The notes below the pieces were generated by a model, which did not search any database, was not told the DNA's origin, and was given only the letters and a program-made list of their open reading frames with translations. A stretch of DNA of 64,000 nt, taken from Eledone cirrhosa. Its lineage: Eukaryota. The DNA is taken from assembly GCA_964016885.1 (NCBI GenBank), contig OZ024745.1:53816001-53880000 (forward strand). Direction: 5' to 3'. Position 1 is the stretch's first letter. Each line of letters opens with the position of its first letter. Positions 1 to 19,837 of the stretch are shown here, piece after piece. Made by a program: the position numbers and the translations under genes.

Positions 1-4950
<4,950 letters not shown>

Positions 4951-5060
4951 AAACATACATCATCTTCGTTTAACCTCCATTTTCCACGCTAGCATATATA
5001 TTCATACATACATGCACATACATACAGACATATATATATACTTACACACATCTTTATACA

Positions 5061-5101
<41 letters not shown>

Positions 5102-5906
5102 ATGTATATATATACATATTTATATATACACTTATGTTTTAAAAGTATGATTCATTATATTTCAAAATACAAAAAAAAAATAACCATTATTTGATGAAGC
5201 TGGAAGCATCAAGATTTCAAAAGGAATCTCTCTAAGGTATAGAATAGCTTAAAAATTAACCCATTTCAATGAAGAAATAAAACTGAAAAAACTGGAACTT
5301 ATTTTCAATTCCATAAAGCTTTTAAGATTTTTTTTTTTGTGTGTTAATCAGTTCCATTTTTAAATGAAAATATATTTTTGGAGTGAACCATTCTATAAAT
5401 AACTGCCATGTATTGATTAAAATACTTGAGATGTTCCTTGTAACATTCATAACTACAGCTACTACAGGTTTGTTTACATGCATTTTGTACTTAGTTATTT
5501 CTAAGACATGGGATGCAGATTTTATGTGAAGGTATATATATTATGCAACTGACTGACCACAAATTTTAAATGCATGATGAATTAATGTTATAAACTTTTT
5601 CAGAAATTTGAAGAAAATATGTTTGCATGTGAGTATACATGCAAAATTGTGTGCATACTGTTTAACAAACATTTGAGACCATTGACTATTTGTATCTAAT
5701 AGATAGATTCAGAATCGCCAAATACCAATAAATATGTTTCATACAAATAGTTTTCAAAGATAAAAAAGTAAAATATGAAAACCAAATGTAAATAATACGA
5801 CTGAAATTTTTCATCTATTATCAAAATGCTGTGATAAACGACATATATACCAAATGAATAACAAGGAAGCCACCAAATGTCAAAACTAATAGTACCAAAT
5901 ATACAT

Positions 5907-5942
<36 letters not shown>

Positions 5943-6358
5943 GGCGAATCTTTATCAAGCTCTGAAAATATAAAGTGCTTTATAAATTATAAATGATTCT
6001 TCATCCATTTTAGATTCAGAAGAGATCAAAATATAGACAATGTAAAGTTTGGAAAATAACAATGTGGCAATTACCACTCAATTGATTGCTTACTTATTCA
6101 ACCCATCACTAATGATAGCAACAGCAAACAACCCTTAGAGAATAGAAATGCCAGCTGAAGGACTAACATACAACTTCAAACAAAAGCAAGCAAAATGTGT
6201 ATCAATGAACTATATACATTGTAATAGTTCCCGAAGTACAGTCTAAATAAGCTTGTATTTTGACTGCCTCTATAAATCAGTCTTACTCCATATTTGAATT
6301 AGAATTCAAACCAAGTCTTCAAAATCTGAATGCTCGCTAATAGATATCTAATACTTAC

Positions 6359-6416
6359 TGCTTGTGTCTTGTTTTGGCTGATTACTAGGAGACGTAGCCC
6401 AGTTCACCTTCATCTC
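6359..6416 (-). CDS. TIA1: TIA-1/TIAR-family gene, exon encoding EMKVNWATSPSNQPKQDTS (end of RRM1 and linker)
   Basis: tttatttacag|GAG...AGCA|gtaagt, 58 nt, starts in phase 0 after the 25178 exon; matches vertebrate TIA1 EVKVNWATTPSSQKKDTS. Confidence 0.93.
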
Positions 6417-7084
6417 CTGTAAATAAAAAAAAAAATATTTATAATTTCTTTCGATGCAACCAATATTAAGGTAACTCAATTTAAAACATTAAATATTTCC
6501 CTACAGTACATATGCAATTGTTTATTTCAATGAATTTTCCCAATATTATAATATGACGCAATTCAAAAGTTTAACATTTTAAATGGAATATATATATATA
6601 TATATATATATGCAGTTTCTAACTTTTCAAAATTGTTGAACTAAGTTCATTGTGGAAAGAGGGGGGGATGAGGTGAATGATACAATAACAAGAGAAATGT
6701 GACATTGAAATGTAGAATGAATGAAGAACATAAAATCTACATCAGGGGTAATATATTAAAATATGATATAATACTGACAAAAGTAGATTTACAACAAAGA
6801 GATCCTACATAGAAAAATAATTTCCAAAATATAACTAACCCTTGTAATACATTATATCCTACACTAATGCAGCACAAGAGACAGGGGAAAAAAACTACTA
6901 TAAATATTTAGATCAGTAACTAAAAATAGAATTCTAAATTATATACATTACGCATTCGCTTTTTCAAGAGAAAATTACTCTAGTGATTAAAAGAAAATAA
7001 ATTGTAATGGGAGCAACGCAATGACTTTGCTTATCAAGCTATTCAGGTGAGATAAAACATTTTACAAAGCTTCCCTTGCGCGCG

Positions 7085-7154
<70 letters not shown>

Positions 7155-8985
7155 AAAGGACAAAAAAAGAAACCTGATTAAAAGACAATGAAAAGCCTAT
7201 ACATACTTAGCATCACCATACACTAGGAATTTGAATTGAATTAACTTGGTTTTAAAATGAAAGAACTTTCCTTTCAAACCTTTAAATTTCTAGCTCAAGG
7301 ATAAAAGATAAGAAAATAAAAATAAAAACATAAGCTTATTACTAGTTAGGAAGAATCTTTATTGACATCACACTAACAGTATAAAAAAATGAAATTTGTA
7401 AAAATACAAAAGCTTGTTCTATTTTAAATGGGTTTGGGAGATTTGAAAGAATTGAAAAGGAAGCAGGAAAGACTGCAGCAAAGAGAGGCTTATAAGTTCC
7501 AATAAAACTGCTAGGAGAAAAAGGAAGCAGAAAGACACACCCACCATTACTACTGACACTGGGATATTGACTCAAGATATTTAAGAATATCATAATTGTA
7601 GCATTGCTTTTGTAAAATTTATGTTAAAAAAATACATTAGTGAATTAACCATGCAGTAAAAAAAATCTATTAATATAATTAACCAATTCTTCTAAGAGAA
7701 AATATTACATTAATAATATAAACCCATAAAACAAAGGCAGCTAAAATGCTACAAAGTCTATCAGAAACTATATAAAAGAAAACCTAACTATTTCAGATAG
7801 TTTTCCACTATTCAGCAAAATTTAAAGTACTCTAATCTAAATACATAGCTAACAAAACATTGCAGTTTAAAGACAAGGATGTATTTTAATGAATAAAATA
7901 AGCAATTCATAGACACTGGGTCTAAACATTTTTTCAAGATAAAATTTGAAAAAATAAAAATTTCAGATTCCATACTAAAAAGTACAACTAAAATATGTGC
8001 AATAATTTATAATCCTAAAATAGTGGATAGCAAAATAAAATAACTTTAAGAGATAATAACAGAATAGCTATAAGGAGTAATATTTGTAAGTCTAGCAAGA
8101 TAAATGTCTTGAGACAAGAATTAATTTTGAAAAATTAAATACATATATATATATAAACTTAACATTACGTACAGGCTGAGATGGAATTATGATGAACGGA
8201 GCAAGCAACATTTCCATTAATCCTGAAGATGAGGTAGACAGGGTTTGAACACTAACACAACTGTGAGATTCCGATGAATAGCAACACACTGAGATAAGTG
8301 GACAAAAACCATAGCAGTAGTAGTAACAGCAATAGTAGTGGTGGTAGTGGTGGTGGTGGTGGTGGTGGTGATGATAGAAGTAGTCATAGTAGTAGTAAGA
8401 GAGGCAATGGTGGCTAACGCAGCAGTCAATACAAGGGGGAGCTACTTCTAACAAATCATGAATATTATCATTAGTATTAAGTGATGTATGCAAAAGCAAG
8501 CATAAATTGAAATATTTTTAAGACTTAAAATCACAAAAATAAAAAAAAATTAAATAAAAAAACAATCTCATCACTCTACAACTGCATTTTAATGATCACA
8601 ATAAAAAAATTATGGAAAGCAGCCAAAGTATTACATATTCAACATTTGCCTACAGTAAAAATTAAATGGGTCCTAAATAACCTTTATGTAATAAAAAAAA
8701 AAAAAATGGGAAGTATAAAAATAAAAATATGACTAATATTTTACTTTCATACAACTAGTAATCTGATTTGAACAAAATTTCCAAACAGTTGTAACAGAAT
8801 TATTACAAGGGTGGTGTCAGATGTTTAAAAAACAAAACAAAAACATTCTAGACACGTGTGTTGATTTATTAACAGATCTTGACAACCTGTGTGGCTAACA
8901 CTTATTCAAATAATAATTTTTAATTATGAGTGGACATTGATAATATAGAAAACTAAATAATTAGAGGATATTTTTAAAAAAAAAT

Positions 8986-9016
<31 letters not shown>

Positions 9017-11169
9017 AAAAAAAATTCAAATATGCAGCAAAAACCAAATTAGGTGGAAACAGAAAAAGGAGTGAAATTTAATTATATGATTGTGGTTCCA
9101 AAACAATCCTTCATAAATACTGATAGGAGAAGGAGGAGGAGGAGAAAGCGAGTACATATGCACGCACGCGCATTTATATATTATTAATCCACCACCACAC
9201 CTTTGCTTTCCGGAAGAAAATTACAAGAATCACATTCTTGCTGCCAGGAAGCAATGTGTAGTAAAGGAAAAGGCAAAGTTTAGCATAACACACTGCAGTC
9301 TTACCAGAGGTGTTTGTGTAGCAGTCTCCATAAGCATTATTGAGTAAACTAATGATAATCCAAGTTAGAAAGACAGATTGTAGTAAATCCTGGCTAAAGG
9401 ACAAGACAGTATGAAAATACAAATTATTAACTGCCAGTAGCAGTAAAAACGCAAGACATATCCTTACTCCATAGAGGTCAGTCAACAAACTCCAAACACA
9501 AAAAAGCATTTGATTAGGTCCACTCTATATTAGGAAATCCCAACTTAATGTTACAACAGAAATAGCCATTTCTATATACAACATTCATTAATGGACTGTT
9601 TTTCTTTTCTGGGAGATAACATATCCTACTGGGAAAAGCCCTGATCATCCTTATGACAATGGTGGGCGGAGTTATGCAAAGACTATTCTAGGAGAGCTGT
9701 TAAATTCCTTCTGAAGGCGTGATCCACATTAGTTCATCATTAACCTTAGGTTTGACTGGACTGATGGTAGTTGCTGCCACTGATGCTGCTAAAGCGAGGA
9801 CAAACTGAAAGCATATGCACAGAATGCTATGCTTACACTGCTACTGTTGCAACATTCACACTCCCACAACTACCAAAAACCATGTTTAAGCCAACACAAA
9901 AGATCCAGTGTAATAATTGATAACTAAATTACAATAAATGATTCTGATCTATATTAAAAATGAAATACCACTTACACAAGTAAATTTAGTTATGAAACTA
10001 AATTTACAACAAAGTGTAAACAAATGTGACTAAAATAACTTTTCCCCCTTTTTTAAAATTTAATTATAACATTCATTAAAAAAATGTTTTCACATCTTTT
10101 ATATATTTATGATCTGAATACAAAAAACTAATATTGTAACAATTGATGCATGTCCACGGAAGTAAACGGGTTCTTTTTAAATTGTTTTTTATGTATAGAA
10201 TAGGAAATAGAATTTTTGAAATAGCTGAAATGTTAAGTTTTAAAGAAAAGGAAATATAACATATATTTATTTAATATTAACTATTGAGTTATTAAAACCT
10301 TGAGCCCAAACTTTCTGGCAACATTAAATTTATACTTTCCAGTGTATAAGGTGGTCTGTTACACCAAAATGTCAGATTCTTATACTAAGTACATATAAAT
10401 ACAAAAGCCATGTATAGCTGTATATTTAAATAGACCTGCATAGTTTAGTTTATTTCAGTACCTAATAATATTCATATTTTTCTTCTAAGAAATATAACTA
10501 TAATTATTTATCTACAATACTCCCAAATACATAAAAAAAATTAATTGTATTCTAGGTAAAAGGCAAGGTTGGTAGACTTTGTAAATACATGGTAATCACT
10601 GTTCAATGCAGCAAAAAATTGAAACAAATGTCTAAATATGTATAATTTCTGTTCAAGAAAAATCTTCCAAATACTACAATAACATTTCCCCCTATTGCAT
10701 CTTATAACAGCTATAAGTCATATTACAATTTCAAACATTTCATTTAGGGGGGTGGGGGACTAAGATTTTGACTAAAATAAATCTATTCATTATATACAAA
10801 ATACATTGTCAATATAGTTAACTCAAGTATGTACACAAATAAATAGGAGAATATTTAGATTTTGTTTCCATTTGAATGAATAACTGTTTTAAGGCACTTT
10901 GTCAAAGGGACTGTACATAGAATACATAATTCATTTGATATATAGTACCTTGTAAAATGGTAAGTATAAGGGAGTCGTTATATTTGGAAGGAGGGAAATA
11001 GGCATTACCTACAACTCAGTGAAAGAAGGGTGGAAACAAAGCAATGACAGAAAAAGATCTGCAAGAGTTGTGTGCATGACAAAAGAGAGTGAAGTGTGAG
11101 TATAGAGCAAAGGAGAGTAAGAAACATGAATGAGGTGTCTCTTAGCATGAGAGTCACAAAAATCAGAGG

Positions 11170-11399
11170 TGAAGAGAGAGAGAGACAAGTGGAGAAGGTG
11201 AGGAGAGAGAGATAGGTGTGGAGAAGGTGAGGAGAGAGAGATAGGTGTGGAGAAAGTGAGGAGAGAGAGATAGGTGTGGAGAAAGTGAGGAGAGAGAGAT
11301 AGGTGTGGAGAAAGTGAGAAGAGAGAGAGAGAGACGTGTGGAGAAAGTGAGGAGAGAGAGAGAGAGAGACGTGTGGAGAAAGAGAGAGAGAGACGTGTG

Positions 11400-11433
<34 letters not shown>

Positions 11434-14400
11434 CGTGTGGAGAAAGTGAGGAGAGAGAGACGTGTGGAGAAAGTGAGGAGGGAGAGAGAGAGACGTGTGG
11501 AGAAAGTGAGGAGAGAGAGAGAGAGAGAGAGACGTGTGGAGAAAGTGAGGAGAAAGAGAGACGTGTGGAGAAAGCGAGAAAGAGAGACATGTGGAGAAAG
11601 TGAGAGGGAGAGACAGAGGCATGAGTGAGGAGTGAGAGATGTAGTGAGGAGTGAGAGATGTAGAGAGAGTGAGGAGTGAGAGAGAGCAAGGAGTAGAGAG
11701 AGCGAGGAGTAGAGAGAGCGAGGAGTGAGAGATGTAGAGAGAGCAAGGAGTGAGAGATGTAGAGAGAGCAAGGAGTGAGAGAGAGCGAGGAGTGAGAGAG
11801 AGTGAGGAGTGAGAGATGTAGAGAGAGTGAGGAGTGAGAGATGTAGAGAGAGCGAGGAGTGAGAGAACGAGGAGTGAGAGATGTAGAGAGAGCGAGGAGT
11901 GAGAGATGTAGAGAGAGCGAGGAGTGAGAAATGTAGAGAGAGCGAAGAGTGAGAGATGTAGAGAGAGGGGAGTGAGAGATGTAGAGAGAGAGAGGAGTGA
12001 GAGATGTAGAGAGAGAGAGGAGTGAGAGATGTGGAGAGAAAGGGGAGTGAGAGATGTAGAGAGAGCAAGGAGTGAGAGATGTAGAGAGAGCGAGGAGTGA
12101 GAGATGTAGAGAGAGTGAGGAATGAGAGAGATGTAGAGAGAGTGAGGAGTGAGAGATGTAGAGAAAGTAGGGAGAGAGAGATGTAGAGAAAGTGGGGAGG
12201 GAGAGAGATGTAAAGAAAGTGGGGAGTGAGAGAGATGTAGAGAAAGTGGGGAGTGAGAGAGATGTAGGGAAAGTGGGGAGAGTGAGAGAGATGTAGAGAA
12301 AGTGGAGAGTGAGAGAGATGTAGAGGAAGTGGGGAGTGAGAGAGATGTAGAGGAAGTGGAGAGTGAGAGAGAGATGTAGAGAAAGTGGGGAGTGAGAGAG
12401 ACATGTAGAGAAAGTGGGGAGTGAGAGAGAGATGTAGAGAAAGTGGGGAGTGAGAGAGATGTAGAGAAAGTGGGGAGTGAGAGAGATGTAGAGAAAGTGG
12501 GGAGTGAGAGAGATGTAGAGAAAGTAGGGAGAGAGAGAGATGTAGAGAGAGCGAGGAGTGAGAGATGTAGAGAGAGTGAGGAATGAGAGAGATGTAGAGA
12601 GAGTGAGGAGTGAGAGATGTAGAGAGAGTGAGGAGTGAGAGATGTAGAGAAAGTAAGGAGTGAGAGAGAGATGTAGAGAAAGTAAGGAGTGAGAGAGATA
12701 TGTAGAGAAAGTGGGGAGTGAGAGAGATATGTAGAGAAAGTGGGGAGTGAGAGAGATATGTAGAGAAAGTGGGGAGTGAGAGAGATATGTAGAGAAAGTG
12801 GGGAGTGAGAGAGATATGTAGAGAAAGTGGGGAGTGAGAGAGATATGTAGAGAAAGTGGGGAGTGAGAGAGAGATGTAGAGAAAGTGGGGAGTGAGAGAG
12901 AGATGTAGAGAAAGTGGGGAGTGAGAGAGAGATGTAGAGAAAGTGGGGAGTGAGAGAGAGATGTAGAGAAAGTGGGGAGTGAGAGAGAGATGTAGAGAAA
13001 GTGGGGAGTGAGAGAGAGATGTAGAGAAAGTGGGGAGTGAGAGAGAGATGTAGAGAAAGTGGGGAGTGAGAGAGAGATGTAGAGAAAGTGGGGAGTGAGA
13101 GAGAGATGTAGAGAAAGTGGGGAGTGAGAGAGAGATGTAGAGAAAGTGGGGAGTGAGAGAGAGATGTAGAGAAAGTGGGGAGTGAGAGAGAGATGTAGAG
13201 AAAGTGGGGAGTGAGAGAGAGATGTAGAGAAAGTGGGGAGTGAGAGAGAGATGTAGAGAAAGTGGGGAGTGAGAGAGATATGTAGAGAAAGTGGGGAGTG
13301 AGAGAGATATGTAGAGAAAGTGGGGAGTGAGAGAGATATGTAGAGAAAGTGGGGAGTGAGAGAGAGAGAGATGTAGAGAAAGTGGGGAGTGAGAGAGAGA
13401 GATGTAGAGAAAGTGGAGAGTGAGAAAGAGATGTAGAGAAAGTGGAGAGTGAGAGAGAGATGTAGAGAAAGTAGGGAGTGAGAGAGAGATGTAGAGAAAG
13501 TAGGGAGTGAGAGAGATGTAGAGAAAGTAGGGAGTGAGAGAGAGATGTAGAGAAAGTAGGGAGTGAGAGAGAGATGTAGAGAAAGTAGGGAGTGAGAGAG
13601 AGATGTAGAGAAAATGGGGAGAGAGATGTAGAGAAAGTAGGGAGTGAGAGATGTAGAGAAAGTAGGGAGCAAGAGAGATGTAGAGAAAGTAGGGAGCAAG
13701 AGAGATGTAGAGAAAGTAGGGAGCAAGAGAGATGTAGAGAAAGTAGGGAGCAAGAGAGATGTAGAGAAAGTAGGGAGCAAGAGAGATGTAGAGAAAGTAG
13801 GGAGCAAGAGAGATGTAGAGAAAGTAGGGAGTGAGAGAGAGATGTAGAGAAAGTAGAGAGTGAGAGAGAGATGTAGAGAAAGTAGGGAGTGAGAGAGAGA
13901 TGTAGAGAAAGTAGGGAGTGAGAGAGATGTAGAGAGATGTAGAGAAAGTGGGGAGTGAGAGAGATGTGGAGAAATTAGGGAGTGAGAGAGCTGTAGAGAA
14001 AGTAGGGAGTGAGAGAGCTGTAGAGAAAGTAGGGAGTGAGAGAGCTGTAGAGAAAGTAGGGAGTGAGAGAGCTGTAGAGAAAGTAGGGAGTGAGAGAGAT
14101 GTAGAGAAAGTAGGGAGTGAGAGAGATGTAGAGAAAGTAGGGAGTGAGAGAGATGTAGAGAAAGTGGGGAGTGAGAGAGATGTAGAGAAAGTGGGGAGTG
14201 AGAGCTGTAGAGAAAGTGGGGAGTGAGAGCTGTAGAGAAAGTGGGGAGTGAGAGAGATGTAGAGAAAGTGGGGAGTGAGAGAGATGTAGAGAAAGTGGGG
14301 AGTGAGAGAGATGTAGAGAAAGTGGGGAGTGAGAGCTGTAGAGAAAGTGGGGAGTGAGAGAGATGTAGAGAAAGGTGGGGAGTGAGAGATGTAGAGAAAG

Positions 14401-14880
14401 TGGGGAGTGAGTGAGATGTAGAGAAAGTAGGAAGTGAGAGAGAGATGTAGAGAAAGTGGGGAGTGAGTGAGAGATGTAGAGAAAGTAGGGAGTGAGAGAG
14501 AGATGTAGAGAAAGTAGGGAGTGAGAGAGAGATGTAGAGAAAGTGGGGAGTGAGAGAGATGTACAGAGATAAAGTGAGGAGAAAGTTAAGTAGAGAAAGT
14601 AAGGAGTGGAAGATATGTAGAGATGAGGAGGGGTATATAGAGAAGGGGTGAATAGAATATGGAGAGACAGATGAGGAGGAGGAATATGTAGAAACAGATG
14701 AGGGGGATACAGACAGGTGAGGAGAGGGATATGTATAGACAGGTGAAGAGGGGGGATACTTAGAGAAACAGGTGGAGAGGGGGGTACATAGAGAGAGGAG
14801 TGAAGCAGGAGCCATAGAGATATGTAGACAGGTGAGGGGGGAGATATGTAGAGAGTGGGGAGAGGAGGAAGATATGTAAA
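11170..14880. repeat. Purine-rich minisatellite (about 25-29-bp units such as AGTGAGAGAGAGATGTAGAGAAAGTGGGG)
   Basis: Tandem units with graded variants; homogeneous 29-bp core near 12700-13350, 27-bp GAGCAAGAG block near 13660-13830; degenerate after about 14570. Confidence 0.95.
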
Positions 14881-17800
14881 GAAAGATGCAAACATAATAT
14901 ATAGATAGATAGATAGATAAGCAGACAGGATAAAAAATAAGGACAGAGGGATATATAATGTAACCATTTTGAAATTATAACTTTATTGCTTTCATTCAAA
15001 TGAATTTTCGAATTAATGTCTATCTTTATGATGAAATCTATTATAGATTATCACTAGTTGATAAGATGGGGGTTGGCATGGAAATACTAATACAAAATTT
15101 AACTACTACTTTCTTCAAATAACTTATGACAAAGAACTTTTAAATAGATAACAATCCCAAATTAAATGACCATAATAGTCAATCAAAATAAATAATATTT
15201 GTGAGAGAAAAATGTGGACAATGGAATTGAACACCGCATCTTTCGGATGCCAAGATCAGCTTGTATTAAATAATGCTAATATTCAAATCTGATAAAGTAT
15301 TGATAGAATGGGAAAAGTATTACAAATGTGTGTGTGTGATTATTTAGCATACTCTCTATTAAACAGAAAGATCAGATTAAATAAAATGTATTCATGTGTG
15401 TTTAAGTTGTGAAAATGTGCCAGAAAGACAAGCAGAAACCCACAACATGGAAATATTGATTTCTTTCCAGACTGCACTTGAAATTTCTATTGCAGTGGAA
15501 ACAGACATATAGACACTGAGTGACAAGAGAGGGAGAAAGAAGCAAACCAAACAATTTCGTTTGGGTTATAATTAAAACAATTCTCTTATATGATCAATAT
15601 TTATTGGTCCAATTACATTGAAGAGACCATTAATTTATCTAGGTAACAAGTAAAGCATGTGACTTGATACATGATAGGTACAACAAGAGTGGTGAATAAC
15701 AACCAAGTTTACATAATGCAATAACACTCAATTTATTTATCACTTAAAGATTAAAATCTAATTTAAACAACCAAAGTAAAAATCTGACTATAAAATGAAA
15801 AGGACACACAATGAACAATGTATGTCAATGACTGTTGGGAAAGGGGTAGGAGTGAGTGAAACATGGATGTCGATATTTTCTATTTTAATTTCATTCCTGA
15901 GATGAACTAATTTGTTTTTACCTATGGAAGAAATATTGAGATTAGACTTCCAAAACCAAGCCTCATACAAGAACTGACAAAAAGCCATGGTGAATTGCAG
16001 CAATACGCTCTATGTCAGACCAATTGAAAACCATATATTGGAGAGGAGTTGAACAAAGCTAAATACAATAATCGATCCTAAAAATGGGATTTTTCCAACT
16101 AGTCAAATTAAAGCTATGACCTTCTTGGCAAAGTACAAAGTTTTAAAGTTTCAGTCAGTGACTTGGTCATCACAATAACTAAATCTAAGAAATATGTAAA
16201 ATCAACTTTAAACTGGAATAGATTATTCTCATGAAATTATATCAATTAATTACTTACACATGACTAAAAAAAAACAAAACATTTAAACTTGATGGAAATT
16301 TTGAATTTAACCATTTCAAAAATAAACTATACAATTGAAGTAAAATAGCTTTCACTTTAAAATTCACAGCCATATTAAGTTGAAATGGAGTGGTTGCAGA
16401 CTTTTTATTTTGGATCTTACAAAGATTAGTATATTTACTTGGTTGCTAATCTAGTTTTCATTCCTCGCAAAGGCTTGGAGGGGGGGGGGGGCATAAACAC
16501 CTGATTGATACATAGTGAGTTATACATCTGTCAAGAATTTTAGGGAGAGGAGAGCATCAGATACTAAGTCTCAGTTCACTTAGATGTTACGCATAGGTAC
16601 CAGAATCTCTAGAAAAGGTCAACAGGTTTTATCACCCATTGATACATATCTCTGATCATGAAAGGTCAACCAATTAACTATTCATCACACAAATGCCAGA
16701 GAGTTTCCATTTAATATTGACTTTTTTTTTCTCCTTTGACAAGGCTACTTTTTTTGCCGGGAAGGAAATATAGTTAATTAAATCTACCTTTATATATTAT
16801 TAATACTTGAATGGTAGAGTCAACACTAGCTATGTTTGAACTTGGATGAAAATAGAGTGTAGATCATTTTATTATTTATTCCATATCTACCAACTCTATT
16901 AGTTTCTACTTAATAGTGTTAATCATATACAACAGAACAAATTTCTGTTCATTTTATAAAGCTATAAATAGTAATGTATTCTAACTTGTATATGAATATT
17001 CCAATGAATAAGAAAATGTATTTCACTCCATGTGAGTATAAATTTGCGTAAATGATTTAATAACAGAGTTTAGGAGACAATAAAAATGAAAAAGTAGTGA
17101 AAATTATTTTTTTATACTGGTTAACAGCCAGAAATGTAGGAAGCACAAGTAAAGGACAAAATCCATCATTAAAAAAATTTGAATTATGAATATAGACGTA
17201 TAACTATGATACTGTTAGGCATTTAGGCCAACTAGTAATACTGCCAATACACTAACATATCCTATTTACGTATTAATCCATCAAATGTAGAAAAAAAACA
17301 CAACCCGTTTTTTTTTTTATTCCTTACATTCCAAAGTAAAACATAATATTCCAGCTAAAATGCATAAACAAGATGTCAATAAGATTTGTATAACTGGATT
17401 AATCTAAGACTGCAATATCAAATAAATATGAAGTCAACAAAATATTTCAAAGTTATCAGCCAAATAATTCGACTTGTCAGAAATAGGATTAAAATTAAGT
17501 AGCTGTTATACAAATCTGATATGAAAGTATTTTAACTAGACATGCCCAAATGTATTTTACACAAGGAAAAAGGGAAACAGTTTTAAAATGAAGGAAGTCT
17601 TTCAATCAAAATTATGATCACTAACAAGAGCTGATATATATATATATTATTTATTTATGTATGTATATAAAGGAAAATATTTCTCAGCTTACTTAAGTTA
17701 TAAAATATAACACTAAGAGTTAGCTGAAGTAGTGAAATAATATATGTAATAATTCATCAATATGCAGAGTTAATCTTGGTTGAAAACGTTATACAATACT

Positions 17801-19775
17801 GTTTTTAAAATAAATTGAATTCAACGATTTACCCAATTTCATAATGAAATCAATCTATAAAAGCAGACATGATGTATGAGTTAGCTAAGTAGTAGTGAAA
17901 TATTCTACAGTGCAACTGATTTTTGTTAGCTAGTATTAAGTTATGTTGGCTGCATCTGAGTGTGTGAGTGTGTTTGTAGGGAAAAGAGGGAGGGGAGACT
18001 GATTATGACAGAAACCGATATTGGAATGCTTTTTTTTTCCTTCTTCCTATTAACAATATAGATTTGTTAGAAGGCGATGCAATGAAATAAATATGATGCA
18101 CATCTTAAATAATATCAATATCGACCAGCAAATAGTAAGGGCAACAGTGTGGTGAGTAAACAGACAAAAGAAGCAGATCAAACAATTCATCACATTGATC
18201 AGATGAGAAAACAACAATGTCATATTTAGATGATTTTGCAGATGAGATGCTAGTATGAAAATAGTCATTATACAAAGCTTTATGGAAAAAAATCCGGAAC
18301 AACAGGCAAAAGCAACTTGCGTAAATTACAATGACCTAGTGCATTATTTAGACATGAAATTTCTCTTGACAAAAAGAAAAAAAGGAAACTTCAGTTGAAA
18401 CCAAAATTCATCCAGCAGTAACCTCTACTCTGCCACTTCAACAGCAAAGTTTCCCTTAAATAATACATTAGATAATGTACTAATATACAAAAAGGAATGG
18501 TCATTGCTGGAATACTTTTGACCATAAATATATGCTCATGATGAAAGAGAAGAGGACAAAAAATAAAATTTTAATTTCTCATTACAAATCACATTTCTAG
18601 CCTTTTCATTAACCTTTTAAAAAAGTAAAAATTTCAACTGAATCCAATCCAAACCGAATTAACACGATACTCAAAATTGTAAATACATGCGACATTAATA
18701 AAATGAAAGTAAAATGCGAGTATACAAATAAAAACCTATACAAATAATATATAATTATGTAAAATCCAGTTATGAATCATCATATAAATATAAGTTTTCA
18801 TATATGAAACACAAATAAGCTTCAACAAATTTAATATTTCACTAATAGAGTGAATGGTTATTTGATAATTCGATCTTTTACGCATGTGTGTGCGTGTGTG
18901 CGTATATATATATATATAGTATTTATCATACCAAATTTATTAGCTCTGATTTCATTAATTTTACCAACACAATTTATGAAACAAATTGGAAAAGTAACAT
19001 ATAGGGAAAAGCCTTTAAAAAACACAAAGCATATAAGAGAATATAGCTTTGACACAAAGGAAAAGCTCCCCATCACTTTATCCTTTATCTGCAGCTTAGT
19101 AAATAAAAGGAAAAGGGAACATAAGAGGCTAGCAGCAAAATATACTTCATCTCGGAATAAAATATTTCTCAAGGTTGTATAAAATTCTAACAATACTCAA
19201 TTTTACTCCATCACTGAAGAATATTTTATTCCATTAGCTTAAGCTAAACTTTTTTTACACCTTTCAATATAAAATCAAAGTTAGAGAGGATAATCCAATT
19301 CCATGTTATGCTAACTGAATGACCAACCAATAAGAACATGGTCTGGTGAAAAACTTCCAACAGTAATCATATCAACCGCAGTAAACAAGATAACAGGAAA
19401 TCCAAGTAGAAGAGACAGAATTATTGTTTAAAGATTCTTTTTCTTTCTTTTTTTTTCTAATAAAACTTCACTTACCAGGTCTTGTTTAAGTGTAATAGGT
19501 AAATACTGCACAAAGTAGTAAGGATGCATCCTTGTGGCATTAGAGCCTGGTGAATATAGCAGGCAACAATAGCAGCAGCAGCAACCAGAACACAAGGTAG
19601 TAGGCACTGCGCGAGACTAATAGTGATAGATACAGATAGAAGCAGCAGCTAAAGCAATACTGATAAGCAGCAGCAGCAGGGAACCAGTGGCTTAAAACTA
19701 GTAAGCATGCAGCAGTAAGGGCAGAGTTGACAGCACCCACTCTCCACTACAATTTAATGCCTAGAGCTAAACTTT

Positions 19776-19837
<62 letters not shown>

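Noticed and set aside
8217-8429. Poly-Thr / poly-His ORFs
   Set aside because: Frames of a CAC/TAC triplet repeat; no evidence of coding
11005-14999. 1268-aa S/L/H/P-rich ORF and overlapping ORFs
   Set aside because: Artefact of the GA minisatellite; open in several frames; no splice or domain support
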